DNA of 64,000 bases from Candidatus Argoarchaeum ethanivorans (lineage in GTDB: Archaea; Halobacteriota; Methanosarcinia; Methanosarcinales; EX4572-44): contig CAJHIS010000001.1 in assembly GCA_905067555.1 (NCBI GenBank), positions 8,611-72,610 on the forward strand, given 5' to 3'. Made by a program: the position numbers and the translations under genes. Under the pieces are notes generated by a model. The model saw only the letters and a list, made by a program, of their open reading frames with translations, did no database searches and was not told the origin of the DNA. Shown piece after piece: positions 39,940-49,401 of this stretch. Position 1 is the stretch's first letter. Each line of letters begins with the position of its first letter.

Positions 39940-40713
39940 TTATTTTATTATTTGTATGATATCTTCAGTGTTAATATCAAAGTAATCTCTTGCACTTGCC
40001 CTGTTGAGTGAGATTTCCAAGAAGCCGTGACTCCCGATCAACAGGAGCGGCTCGTCAGAGTTAACATTTGCGTAGGTATGCACAAAGGGTAATGGTTGAC
40101 CCTCTAAAAATAAAGTTTCGCCATATTTTACAAATTTAAAAACTATCTCTTCTGGTATGTTTGTTATGAGATTGCCAAAACTGTCTATAAATATTATTTC
40201 TCCTGCAAGGATGTTGTTCTTAATCGAAGGTGCTTTTGTTGGAAGCTCGATGAAGTCTGTGACGGGCTTACCCATTTCATGTATGTTTTCTCCGAGTGAT
40301 AACCTCGCTCCAGCTGGTGCAAAGATGTCTCTTCCATGAAAGGTAGGAGAAGCTTTTTCAGTGGATCCGGGGAAGATTTCAAACACTTCAAAACTGCCAA
40401 TAGTTTTTGCTGCTGGTATCAGTAGACCATTATCAGGACCTACCAGATACTGTGTTTTTTCACCGGTTGCTCGTATGGCAAGACTTCTTCGCTCTGACCC
40501 AACACCAGGATCTACCACTGCAATATGTACTGTATTATCTGGAAAAAATGGTGCTGTGAAGGATAAAGCTGCTGCACCCCATTTTATGTTCTGCGGTGGA
40601 ATACCGTGAGTGATATCAACGATATTTGTTTGTGGTGCTATCGTGAGTATGACTGCTTTCATTGCTGCTGGATAAAAGTCTCTAAAATCAGTTAACAAAG
40701 TTATTATTGGCAT
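39940..40713 (-). CDS. SAM hydrolase / SAM-dependent halogenase family (DUF62) protein
   Basis: 257 aa. The N-terminus IITLLTDF...Y plus VVDPGVG and HGRD strings are typical of the DUF62 family. Confidence 0.75.
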   Translation of the reverse strand: MPIITLLTDFRDFYPAAMKAVILTIAPQTNIVDITHGIPPQNIKWGAAALSFTAPFFPDNTVHIAVVDPGVGSERRSLAIRATGEKTQYLVGPDNGLLIPAAKTIGSFEVFEIFPGSTEKASPTFHGRDIFAPAGARLSLGENIHEMGKPVTDFIELPTKAPSIKNNILAGEIIFIDSFGNLITNIPEEIVFKFVKYGETLFLEGQPLPFVHTYANVNSDEPLLLIGSHGFLEISLNRASARDYFDINTEDIIQIIK

Positions 40714-41036
40714 TGGGATATTTTAATTACTTTTTATTCTACTCGATACTGGTAAGTTAGCCTCAACCCATCACACCCTATTGGAATTGGGTGCATCCTT
40801 GGTTAGGAAAACTAACGCCCTCGGCAGGGACATATTTCATATCTCATTGATGCCTATAAACTTATCCCCTCCTTGGGATTGTCACGTCTTCTGGTGTTGA
40901 CACTGTTTTGAAGTTATTGTTGATTTGAGTCTTGTGGACGCCGCTCAGTGTTTGAATATGAGAGAGATCTCAATGTTCCAGCCACAACACCACGCGATGT
41001 AATCGCTTTTGATATCCGATAGGTTTATATAATGAA

Positions 41037-41753
41037 ATGATAAAACAATGTATAACATATTTAGGAATTCATAATTTTATGTTAGATGTGCAGCAGGATC
41101 CTACTGAAATTCTTGTCAACATGGCAAAAAATGATGAAATAGATCCATGGCATATTGATATCGTAGAAGTTACTGATCGATTTTTAAAAAGAATTGAACA
41201 GCTTGAACTGCTGGATCTTAGGATATCCGGCAGAACACTTTTTTATGCTTCAGTGCTTTTGAAAATGAAGTCAAACACCTTAATTGAGCCAGACCTGCCA
41301 GAAGATGAAGATGATGATTTCTTCGATGGAGCAGAGTTCGCTGATGCAGCAGACTTCCCAGTTCCAACACCTCCAATGCGCCATAAATCAGTAAGGCCTG
41401 CCACACTGGATGAACTGATAGCAGAACTTAAAAAAGCTGAGGTGGTGGAGAAACGCAGACAGGGACGTGTACCTGACAAAAAAACAAATATAAAAAAAAT
41501 AGATACCGATGAGGTAATCGGTATAGCTCATGAAGAAAGTATTGAAAAAAAAGTAGCCCAGATCTACAAAAAACTGGACGAACTGTTCAAGACCGGGGGC
41601 AATGTCAACTTCAACGAGCTTTTATTACAAAGCGATGATGATAAAATAATGACTTTTATCGCATTGTTATTTCTTGCAGGAGAGAGAAAAATATGGCTTG
41701 AACAGCCAGAACTATTTGGAGAGCTTTGGATTTATAAGTGTGCAAAGGTGTAA
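41037..41753 (+). CDS. scpA: segregation and condensation protein A (kleisin)
   Basis: The N-terminal IDPWHIDIVEVTDRFLKRI and C-terminal winged-helix-like part are present, and it is followed by scpB. The true start may be the internal MLDVQQ (41079). Confidence 0.75.
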   Translation: MIKQCITYLGIHNFMLDVQQDPTEILVNMAKNDEIDPWHIDIVEVTDRFLKRIEQLELLDLRISGRTLFYASVLLKMKSNTLIEPDLPEDEDDDFFDGAEFADAADFPVPTPPMRHKSVRPATLDELIAELKKAEVVEKRRQGRVPDKKTNIKKIDTDEVIGIAHEESIEKKVAQIYKKLDELFKTGGNVNFNELLLQSDDDKIMTFIALLFLAGERKIWLEQPELFGELWIYKCAKV

Positions 41754-41799
41754 AGAACTGCAAACTATGTTTACAGAAAACAATCAGGTACAGGATATA

Positions 41800-41862
41800 G
41801 ACAAATAGGTACATGGTATAGATAAATAGGTACATGGTATAGATAAATAGGTACATGGTGTA
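41800..41862. repeat. 21-bp tandem repeat x3 (GA(T/C)AAATAGGTACATGGT(A/G)TA)
   Basis: Units at 41800, 41821 and 41842, in the intergenic region between scpA and scpB. Confidence 0.9.
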
Positions 41863-41967
41863 ACGAAATGCAGGATGAGAAGTTGGTTGAAGCCATCACA
41901 CGATATTTTCTGCACAACGAAGTTGTGCAGGTGCAACGAAATGCAGGATGAGAAACTGGTTGAAGCC
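41857..41967. repeat. hairpin insertion (41895-41929) flanked by 38-bp direct duplication of the scpB start region
   Basis: GGTGTAACGAAATGCAGGATGAGAAGTTGGTTGAAGCC (41857) versus GGTGCAACGAAATGCAGGATGAGAAACTGGTTGAAGCC (41930). The insert ends with CTGCACAACGAAGTTGTGCAG. Confidence 0.88.
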
Positions 41968-43044
41968 GCCCTTTTCGTGGCTGGAAAACCTGTTAGCGAT
42001 GTAGCACTTAAAAAAATTGTAGGTAGTCTTGCAAGAGCTAGAAGGGCAGTAGAAAATCTCATCTTCGAGTATCAACAGCGTGATACAGCTCTCGAAATCG
42101 TGGAGCTTGACAAAAAATATGTAATGCAGCTAAAACCAGAATATTCAAAGCATGTTAAAACCGTATCGCCAAAGGAGATATCATCGCCGGCACTAAGAAC
42201 ACTCGCCATGATCGCCTACCATCAGCCTGTAACACAATCAAAACTTGTACAAATCAGGGGAAACGCCATTTATGACCATTTATCTGAACTAAAACAAAAA
42301 AATCTTATCACACCAAAACGTCATGGCAGAACATTTATATTAACCACAGGTGAAGCTTTTGCAGATTACTTTAACCTTAAAATCAATAATCAACAAGAGA
42401 TCAGGGAGAAAATTATCGAGCTTGCAAAGGAGCAAAATGTTGGACTGGATCGGTGGCTTCGCAAAAAACCATCCATTATAACAACTCCCATGTATGAAAG
42501 TCTCCTCACGTACTGTGGTATTAAACAATTCCAGGTTTCAGACAAACTCTACGTAAGTCCAGAGTGTATAGCAGAACTGGGTGATGCAACGGTAGTAGTA
42601 ATCAGCAGGGGATATGCTGAGCGCATAAGAGAACATTTTACAGGCGAGATAATAGAGGTCAGCGCTTCAACATTCAAAGATTTGATCGAATCAATGAAAA
42701 AACTAAAAAATTTTGCGAAAGAAAAAACAATAAACAAAAAAATAACTGAGATAACTGAGATGAAGGAACAATACATTGATAAGACAATAAGTCTCACGAC
42801 TGCTGTTTCACCCTCTACGAATATGGCGGTGGAGATTGCAAAAGAGCTTCGTCTCCCAATCTCGGCAAAAGGCAAAAAATTGGCCCCGGACTACAGCATC
42901 ACAACAGATGAAATTGATACTACAACTGGCGCTTTAATACAGATACCAACGCATCAGAAAAACATCGATGTAGTCGGGAGAATCAATGAGAGATACCGAA
43001 GCATCATCGACCAGATAAAACAAATCGAAGAAAGCTCGGGGTAA
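41941..43044 (+). CDS. scpB: segregation and condensation protein B-like
   Basis: MQDEKLVEAALFVAGKPVS is a canonical ScpB N-terminus. The start is set at the second (gene-proximal) copy of the duplicated ATG. The long C-terminal extension is unassigned. Confidence 0.75.
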   Translation: MQDEKLVEAALFVAGKPVSDVALKKIVGSLARARRAVENLIFEYQQRDTALEIVELDKKYVMQLKPEYSKHVKTVSPKEISSPALRTLAMIAYHQPVTQSKLVQIRGNAIYDHLSELKQKNLITPKRHGRTFILTTGEAFADYFNLKINNQQEIREKIIELAKEQNVGLDRWLRKKPSIITTPMYESLLTYCGIKQFQVSDKLYVSPECIAELGDATVVVISRGYAERIREHFTGEIIEVSASTFKDLIESMKKLKNFAKEKTINKKITEITEMKEQYIDKTISLTTAVSPSTNMAVEIAKELRLPISAKGKKLAPDYSITTDEIDTTTGALIQIPTHQKNIDVVGRINERYRSIIDQIKQIEESSG

Positions 43045-43081
43045 ACAATTATAATATCTTACCGATCATAGATCACAAAAT

Positions 43082-43936
43082 ATGTGCCAGATCGCCAGAG
43101 TTCCAGAAAAGAATAATCTAACTGAAGAAGAAACGATTGAAATACTGTCAAAACTTCTTGTTCAAAGTGTAAGGAAGCTGAGCTTTCCAAAAACTGCAAT
43201 TGCATTCTCTGGAGGTGTTGACAGCAGCCTCATTGCTTATCTGCTTGATAAAGTGTGTACTGTCGAACTCTTCACTACAAGCATAAAATCTTCACACGAC
43301 AGAGCAGCAGCCCCAAATGCAGCAGCAGCACTCCGGATGAGCGATCGACTGCACACATATCATCTCAGTGAAAGTGAGCTTGAACGGACGCTGCCAGAAC
43401 TGCTATCAGTCATCAAGTCTACCAATTTCTTTGATGTGAGTATCGCTTTTCCGTTATATATTGCAGCAAGGGAAGCCCATTATAAAGGCTACGAGGTGAT
43501 GTGTAGTGGCCAGGGTGCTGATGAGCTTTTTGCCGGATATAAACGCTACGAATCAATGGGTAGTGTAGAGCTTGAAAGAAATTTGATGAAGGACTTTTAT
43601 CAAATGTCGCATGTGAGTCTCGATAGAGACTATAAATCTTCAATGGCAAATACGGTTGAACTTAGACTGCCCTTTATTGATCGCGAGCTTACGGACTTTG
43701 TTTGCAAAATACCAGTTGAATTAAAGATAAAAAACAACATTCGAAAGTATATCCTCAGAAAGACTGCACAATCACTCGGACTACCGGAAGAGCTTGTATG
43801 GGCTCATAAAAAAGCAGCACAATACAGCAGCGGTGTGTATAAGGCACTGGTTAGAATTGCAAGAAAGAATGGATATAAAAAAGGAGAGGTTCAACAATAT
43901 TTAAACAGTCTCGAATCAGGAGTTGCAACTACTTAG
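43082..43936 (+). CDS. asparagine synthase-like PP-loop ATP pyrophosphatase (no GATase domain)
   Basis: SGGVDSS PP-loop and GQGADELFAGYKRY. Confidence 0.7.
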   Translation: MCQIARVPEKNNLTEEETIEILSKLLVQSVRKLSFPKTAIAFSGGVDSSLIAYLLDKVCTVELFTTSIKSSHDRAAAPNAAAALRMSDRLHTYHLSESELERTLPELLSVIKSTNFFDVSIAFPLYIAAREAHYKGYEVMCSGQGADELFAGYKRYESMGSVELERNLMKDFYQMSHVSLDRDYKSSMANTVELRLPFIDRELTDFVCKIPVELKIKNNIRKYILRKTAQSLGLPEELVWAHKKAAQYSSGVYKALVRIARKNGYKKGEVQQYLNSLESGVATT

Positions 43937-43989
43937 AAAATGTTCATTTTTCGCATTTTTCTCCAATTTTTGTCATGCTTTCTTTTTAC

Positions 43990-44619
43990 TCATTTTGTTG
44001 CCCTGATCACAACAAATGATCCTTCGCCGCAGCCTTCCCTCACTTGCTCAATATCTTTTATCTCAGCCAGATTATGGAAAATTGTTTGAGTAAAATTGAA
44101 ACTCTTGAAACCTGCCTTTTTCAGGTTAAAGACAACTTCATTTACTGTATAAAAAGTAGCTATCCTGTAAAACACACTCTCTTTTTTATGTTGCTGATAT
44201 AATATCCCAACAGGGCTTTTTCGATCGACAAATCCAATTATCAGAAGCCCACCGGGTTTTAGCACCCGATATGCTTCCTCAAAAGCTGCTTCTATGTCGT
44301 CTACAAAGCAGATAGTAGTTACCATTAATGCAAAGTCAAACTGCGAATCATCAAAAGGAAGATGTTCAGCTACAGCATCGATGATCCCAATGCCCCCCTT
44401 TCGAGCAATCTCACTCATCTTTCTTGATGGATCAACTCCAATTTTAATGCCTAACGGTATTGCAAATCTACCGCTTCCTACACCAATCTCAATGCCATTA
44501 TTACTTTTTGGCAATTGCCCCCTCATTGCCAGAAGCTCAGATTCAAAAACAAATTCGTTTTTTTCAAACCAATCTTCGTATTTGGACACATGTTCGTCAA
44601 AAGGCTTGGTTTTTGCCAC
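43990..44619 (-). CDS. class I SAM-dependent methyltransferase
   Basis: Motif I EIGVGSGRF plus LKPGGLLII. Confidence 0.8.
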   Translation of the reverse strand: MAKTKPFDEHVSKYEDWFEKNEFVFESELLAMRGQLPKSNNGIEIGVGSGRFAIPLGIKIGVDPSRKMSEIARKGGIGIIDAVAEHLPFDDSQFDFALMVTTICFVDDIEAAFEEAYRVLKPGGLLIIGFVDRKSPVGILYQQHKKESVFYRIATFYTVNEVVFNLKKAGFKSFNFTQTIFHNLAEIKDIEQVREGCGEGSFVVIRATK

Positions 44620-44636
44620 GGTCTATTCTCCAAAAA

Positions 44637-45893
44637 TCAGCAAGATTTCAATCTTATTTCGCGCGGGTCTGCAATCTCTCCTTTTATTGCGCTTGCAGCA
44701 GCAGTTTCCGGTGATGCGAGGTAGATCAGTCCGCCTTTCCCCATGCGTCCTTTGAAGTTGCGATTGGCTGTTGAGAGGCATACTTCCCCATCCCCTAGCA
44801 CACCCAGATGAGCGCCAAGACACGGCCCGCACCCGGGTGGTGCAATCATTGCCCCTGCTCTTACGAGTGCCTGGATATACCCCTTCCCCATAGCATCAAG
44901 AAGTGTCTGTCTTGAAGCCGGTATTACAATTGTGCGGACACAAAACTTATTGTTTTTCGTGATTTTTGCTGCTGTTTCAATGTCTTCCAACCTGCCGTTG
45001 GTGCATGTCCCGATGAACACCTGGTCAACAGGTGTACCAACCACCTCACTTACCGGGCAGACATTATCCACCTGGTGAGGACATGCAACCAGTGGCTCAA
45101 GATCTGAAACATCCATGTTATATTCGCTAATGTAGTCAGCATTCCTGTCAGCATGTACCGGGGTGTAGTTTTCCACTGCACACTTTTTTATGAATTTAAA
45201 GGTTTTCTTGTCAGGAGTTATGACGCTGTTTTTTGCCCCCATCTCAATAGCCATATTGCAGAGTGTCATTCTGCCATCCATATTGAGGTGTTCTATTGCT
45301 TCACCATAGTATTCGATTGCCTGATAGGTCGCACCGTCAGATCCTATTCTTCCAACTACCATGAGTGCCAGATCCTTAGCCGATGTTCCTGCTGGCAGTT
45401 TGCCATCGATTACGACTTTGATTGTTTTTGGAACTCTAAGCCATATTCTGCCAGTCGCAAAGATCTCTGCCATATCAGTTGCACCAACACCTGTTGCAAA
45501 CGCACCGAATGCACCGTAAGTGCAGGTGTGAGAATCCGCTCCAATGATAAGTTTCCCTGGAAGTGCAAACCCGCGTTCCGGTAGAACCTGATGACATACT
45601 CCTTCACCAACATCATAATAGTTCACGATACCCTGCTCTTTAATCCAGCTTCTAATATCATGCTGGAGGTTTGCTGCCGTCTCATTATTGGCGGGAGCGA
45701 GATGATCAAAAGGGATGATAATTTTCTCCGGGTCAAAAACCTTTGAAACATTCATTTCTTTTAATGCCTTTACAGCAAGCACGCTGGTTCCATCGTGTGC
45801 CATGGCAAAATCAACTCCTGCCTCAATAAAATCATCAGCAGATGCTTTTTCACCTGCTGCTCCGGATAGTATCTTCTCACTCACAGTTGGCAT
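44637..45893 (-). CDS. aconitase-family dehydratase large subunit (3-isopropylmalate / homoaconitate)
   Basis: 418 aa with GADSHT and Fe-S ligands ([15 protein letters not shown]). LeuC and HacA cannot be separated by eye. Confidence 0.85.
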   Translation of the reverse strand: MPTVSEKILSGAAGEKASADDFIEAGVDFAMAHDGTSVLAVKALKEMNVSKVFDPEKIIIPFDHLAPANNETAANLQHDIRSWIKEQGIVNYYDVGEGVCHQVLPERGFALPGKLIIGADSHTCTYGAFGAFATGVGATDMAEIFATGRIWLRVPKTIKVVIDGKLPAGTSAKDLALMVVGRIGSDGATYQAIEYYGEAIEHLNMDGRMTLCNMAIEMGAKNSVITPDKKTFKFIKKCAVENYTPVHADRNADYISEYNMDVSDLEPLVACPHQVDNVCPVSEVVGTPVDQVFIGTCTNGRLEDIETAAKITKNNKFCVRTIVIPASRQTLLDAMGKGYIQALVRAGAMIAPPGCGPCLGAHLGVLGDGEVCLSTANRNFKGRMGKGGLIYLASPETAAASAIKGEIADPREIRLKSC

Positions 45894-45922
45894 GGTTTAA
45901 AACCTGAAGAATTTGATTTGTA

Positions 45923-45995
45923 TAGCCCGGACAGGATTCGAACCTGTGTCGCAAGGTCCAGGGCCTTGCATGATTGACCCCTACACTACCGGGCT
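45923..45995 (-). tRNA. tRNA-Gln (anticodon CUG)
   Basis: 73-nt cloverleaf: acceptor AGCCCGG/CCGGGCU with A1:U72, T-arm ACAGG-UUCGAAU-CCUGU, and anticodon arm CAAGG-CCCUGGA-CCUUG. No encoded CCA. Confidence 0.85.
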
Positions 45996-46122
45996 CCAAC
46001 AGACATTATCACATCCTTCCTATTAATTAAACTATTCGCATCTACGAGAACAGATCAATATACAAAGCAAAACCTTCTAAAGGGAAGTGGACTAAAAAGA
46101 AATACCATTAAAGAAGGTAAAG

Positions 46123-47265
46123 ATGAATGAAATTCCAGCCGACATAGATATAGATAAAATCGCAGAGTTGTTTCATACAACAAAACAGCGAGTAAGAGGC
46201 TTACTGAACAGGAGAACTCTACACAAAACACCAGATGGAAATTTAATCTTAGACAAAAGCATATCAGGTGTTGGAAGTGGAACCAATGTATTTTTAAAAA
46301 ACTATGAAGTAGTGCGTGGTTTTCCAAAAATCCAGAGGGCAATGATGTTACAATCTGCACTGGCTGCACACTTTAGCTGCAAGAGCGTTGCAGTGGAAGA
46401 AAAAATGAATGGCTACAACACAAGAGTAGCGTTTATTGACAATAAAATAATCGCACTCACAAGAGGAGGTCACACTTGCCCCTACACCACAGAAAAAGCA
46501 CAGACCTTGATACCTGAAAAAATATTTACTGATCACCCTGGAATTGTGTTGTGCGGTGAAATGGCAGGACCTGATAGTCCTTATGTTCCAAAAAACATCT
46601 ACAACGTTAAATCCCTCGAATTTTTTCTCTTTGACATAAGAGAGAAAAACACAGGAATACCGCTATCAGTGGCAGCCAAATACAATATTGCAGAGCAATA
46701 CAATATAACCTGCACGAAACTCTTTGGAATATATCCTATAGCTGAAGCATACAATAAAATCACCAGAATAATAAAAAATCTTGGAGCATGCGGGCGAGAA
46801 GGCGTAGTCATAAAAGACCCAGCGATGAAGCAACCACCACTTAAATACACCAGTTCACAGAGCAACTGCTCAGATCTACAACATGCCTTCACATACTACC
46901 ATGATTACGCAAAAAGTTTCTTCTACTCGCGAATTGCAAGAGAAGCTTTCCAGTCAGTGGAATGGAATGAAACTCCGGAAGAGATACAACATCGATGTAT
47001 TCAACTTGGGGGAAGCATCCTCCAGCCGATGATTGCAACGATCAAAAAAATACAGGGGGAAGAGAAAATTAGCGAAAATGTACAAATACTGGTAAAGAGC
47101 CTCCAGACCGCTGAGAAATTCAAGGAACATCTTCGCATACTTGGCATAGATGCCATATTCCACAAACCGGAAAAGATCAATAACGAATACCTGGTAAAAA
47201 TACAAAAAATCAACCAGCGAACCAACGACAAAACCGAATCCATTCTTACTGGAGATACCTGGTAA
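46123..47265 (+). CDS. ATP-dependent RNA ligase, archaeal Rnl3 type
   Basis: Nucleotidyltransferase motif I VEEKMNGYN. The upstream RGFPKIQR string is as in Pab1020/MthRnl-type ligases (recalled). Confidence 0.75.
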   Translation: MNEIPADIDIDKIAELFHTTKQRVRGLLNRRTLHKTPDGNLILDKSISGVGSGTNVFLKNYEVVRGFPKIQRAMMLQSALAAHFSCKSVAVEEKMNGYNTRVAFIDNKIIALTRGGHTCPYTTEKAQTLIPEKIFTDHPGIVLCGEMAGPDSPYVPKNIYNVKSLEFFLFDIREKNTGIPLSVAAKYNIAEQYNITCTKLFGIYPIAEAYNKITRIIKNLGACGREGVVIKDPAMKQPPLKYTSSQSNCSDLQHAFTYYHDYAKSFFYSRIAREAFQSVEWNETPEEIQHRCIQLGGSILQPMIATIKKIQGEEKISENVQILVKSLQTAEKFKEHLRILGIDAIFHKPEKINNEYLVKIQKINQRTNDKTESILTGDTW

Positions 47266-47314
47266 CCGATATTTTTATATACTAACCGTGCTACAGTGAC
47301 ACACTATATCACTG

Positions 47315-48121
47315 TTGGAGTTAAGTATGTCAGAAATTGGAAAAAATATTAGACTTGAGAGAATAATGGATCGAGAGAGCAGAAATATGGTAATCATCCC
47401 GATGGACCACGGTATTTCCATAGGTCCTGTTGCTGGTATTGTGAACCTGCCAGAGGCTGTTAACAAGGCAGCAGAAGGCGGCGCCAATGCTGTTCTCATG
47501 CAGAAAGGAATGGCAAAACATGGACATCGTGGGTATGGGCAGGACATAGGACTTATTATCCACATGAGTGCCTCAACAAGTCGTGCACCAGATCCTAATG
47601 ACAAAGTACAGGTGTGCACTGTCGAAGAAGCAATAAAACTCGGAGCAGATGCTGTTAGCGTTCATATTAACATTGGCTCTGAAACAGAATCCAAACAGCT
47701 TCGGAAACTCGGGATGGTCGCAGAAAGCTGTGATGCATGGGGAATGCCTTTAATTGCCATGATGTACCCTCGCGGGAAAAACGTCACAAACCAGAACGAT
47801 TCCGAACTCGTAGCACATGTTGCACGCGCCGGGGCAGAGCTTGGGGCAGACATTATCAAAACAAACTACACAGGCGACCCTGACAGCTTTAAAGACGTTG
47901 TTGCAGGATGCCCGGTTCCAGTGGTAATGGCTGGAGGACCAAAGGCAAACACTGACAGAGAGTTTCTTGAAATGGTGGCAGGTGCAATGAAAGGTGGTGC
48001 ACGCGGTGTCGCCATCGGGAGAAACGTGTTCCAGCATAAAAACCCAGCCGCAATGACCCGTGCTCTTACAAAAATAGTTCACAAAAGCACCACGGTAGAC
48101 AAAGCAATGGAGGAACTTTAA
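47315..48121 (+). CDS. class I aldolase family, ADH synthase (AroA')-like
   Basis: 268 aa DhnA/FbaB-type aldolase ([14 protein letters not shown]), directly followed by dehydroquinate synthase II. Confidence 0.75.
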   Translation: MELSMSEIGKNIRLERIMDRESRNMVIIPMDHGISIGPVAGIVNLPEAVNKAAEGGANAVLMQKGMAKHGHRGYGQDIGLIIHMSASTSRAPDPNDKVQVCTVEEAIKLGADAVSVHINIGSETESKQLRKLGMVAESCDAWGMPLIAMMYPRGKNVTNQNDSELVAHVARAGAELGADIIKTNYTGDPDSFKDVVAGCPVPVVMAGGPKANTDREFLEMVAGAMKGGARGVAIGRNVFQHKNPAAMTRALTKIVHKSTTVDKAMEEL

Positions 48122-48293
48122 GTGAAATACATCTGGATAAATTCAAACCCGTATCGCTTTGCGATGCGGAGATGCAAAGCAATGGAGGAACTTCATTGTG
48201 AAACACCTTTGGATAAATTCAAACCCGTATCGCTTTGCGATGCGGAAATACAAAGCAATGGAGGAACTTCATTGTGAAACACCTTTGGATAAA
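48100..48293. repeat. three copies of the aroA'/aroB' junction (about 42 bp) separated by two identical 33-bp hairpin inserts
   Basis: Junction copies at 48100-48141, 48175-48217 and 48251-48293. The inserts at 48142-48174 and 48218-48250 carry CCGTATCGC-TTT-GCGATGCGG. Confidence 0.9.
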
Positions 48294-49401
48294 AGCAGAC
48301 AGTAATGTCTGGGACAACGACAAAGAAAGGATCACAACCGCTCTTGAATCGGGATTTGACTTCACTCTTGTGAGCGAGGACGATATTGGAAAAGTACAAG
48401 CACTCGGCAACATCAAAATAGCAGCCCACACCACGAGCGAATACAGCAACGCCGATGTCCTTGTAATCGGGAAAAACAGCGAAGGAGACGGAACTATTCC
48501 ACTCAGCGAAAGCTCAGAGGATATAAAAACCGCAGAAAAACTTACAAAAAGCGGAAAAACAGTCGCAGGATACGTAGTAATACACAACAAGGAATATGAA
48601 GCGTTCGCATCCAAAATAGCACAACACTGTAAGTACCTGATCGTCATGGGAACCGACTGGAAAGTCATACCACTTGAAAATCTTATAGCAGATCTCCAGT
48701 CACTGGATGTTGAAATAATCGCAGGCATAACCGATGCAGCAGAAACAAAACTCGCGCTTGAAACACTGGAACACGGCTCAGACGGCGTACTTGTTGACAC
48801 TGATGACGCAAGCGAGATAAAAAGAATAGCAGACGCACGCGAAAAAAGCGAAATGAAACCAGTGGAACTTACAGCAGCAACCATCACAAAAGTAAAACCG
48901 GTAAGCATGGGAGACCGTGTCTGCATAGACACATGCAGCCTGATGAAACTCGGCGAAGGCATGCTCATCGGAAGCCAGTCCAACGGCCTGTTCCTCGTGC
49001 ACGCAGAAAGTGAAGAGAGCCCTTATGTTGCAGCACGACCGTTTCGGGTGAACGCTGGAGCAGTACACGCCTACATAAAAATCGGAGAAAAAACCAGATA
49101 CCTCTCGGAAATGGAAGCAGGAGATGACGTACTGATCGTAAACAAGGACGGCAAACAGAAAAAAGCAGTTGTGGGACGAGTCAAAATCGAAAAACGACCA
49201 CTGATGTTAATCGAAGCAACAGTAAGCAACACCACAATCAAAACCCTCCTGCAAAACGCAGAAACCATCAAACTCGTGAAACCAGATGGCACACCATTAT
49301 CAGTAGCAGACATCAAAGAAGGAGATGAAGTACTGGCACACTTTGAAGACACTGCACGACACTTTGGGATGCAGATAGAAGAGACTATTATAGAGAAATA
49401 G
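48274..49401 (+). CDS. 3-dehydroquinate synthase II (archaeal AroB')
   Basis: About 375 aa. The start is proposed at GTG 48274 (VKHLWIKAD...) because in junction copy 1 the same GTG directly follows the aroA' TAA. The track ATG at 48235 lies inside the inserted hairpin. Confidence 0.75.
   Translation: MKHLWIKADSNVWDNDKERITTALESGFDFTLVSEDDIGKVQALGNIKIAAHTTSEYSNADVLVIGKNSEGDGTIPLSESSEDIKTAEKLTKSGKTVAGYVVIHNKEYEAFASKIAQHCKYLIVMGTDWKVIPLENLIADLQSLDVEIIAGITDAAETKLALETLEHGSDGVLVDTDDASEIKRIADAREKSEMKPVELTAATITKVKPVSMGDRVCIDTCSLMKLGEGMLIGSQSNGLFLVHAESEESPYVAARPFRVNAGAVHAYIKIGEKTRYLSEMEAGDDVLIVNKDGKQKKAVVGRVKIEKRPLMLIEATVSNTTIKTLLQNAETIKLVKPDGTPLSVADIKEGDEVLAHFEDTARHFGMQIEETIIEK

Noticed and set aside
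41875-41940. Upstream start of the scpB ORF (MRSWLKPSHDIFCTTKLCRCNE...).
   Set aside because: This segment is the duplicated junction copy plus the CTGCACAAC hairpin read in frame by chance. The conserved ScpB N-terminus begins at the ATG at 41941.
48100-48293. The repeat-insert-repeat-insert-repeat layout (42-33-42-33-42 bp) superficially resembles a mini CRISPR array.
   Set aside because: The two 'spacers' are identical palindromic hairpins. The 'repeats' are simply the aroA'/aroB' stop-start junction. No cas genes or leader are present in the window. I treat it as one instance of the junction-duplicating hairpin insertions.
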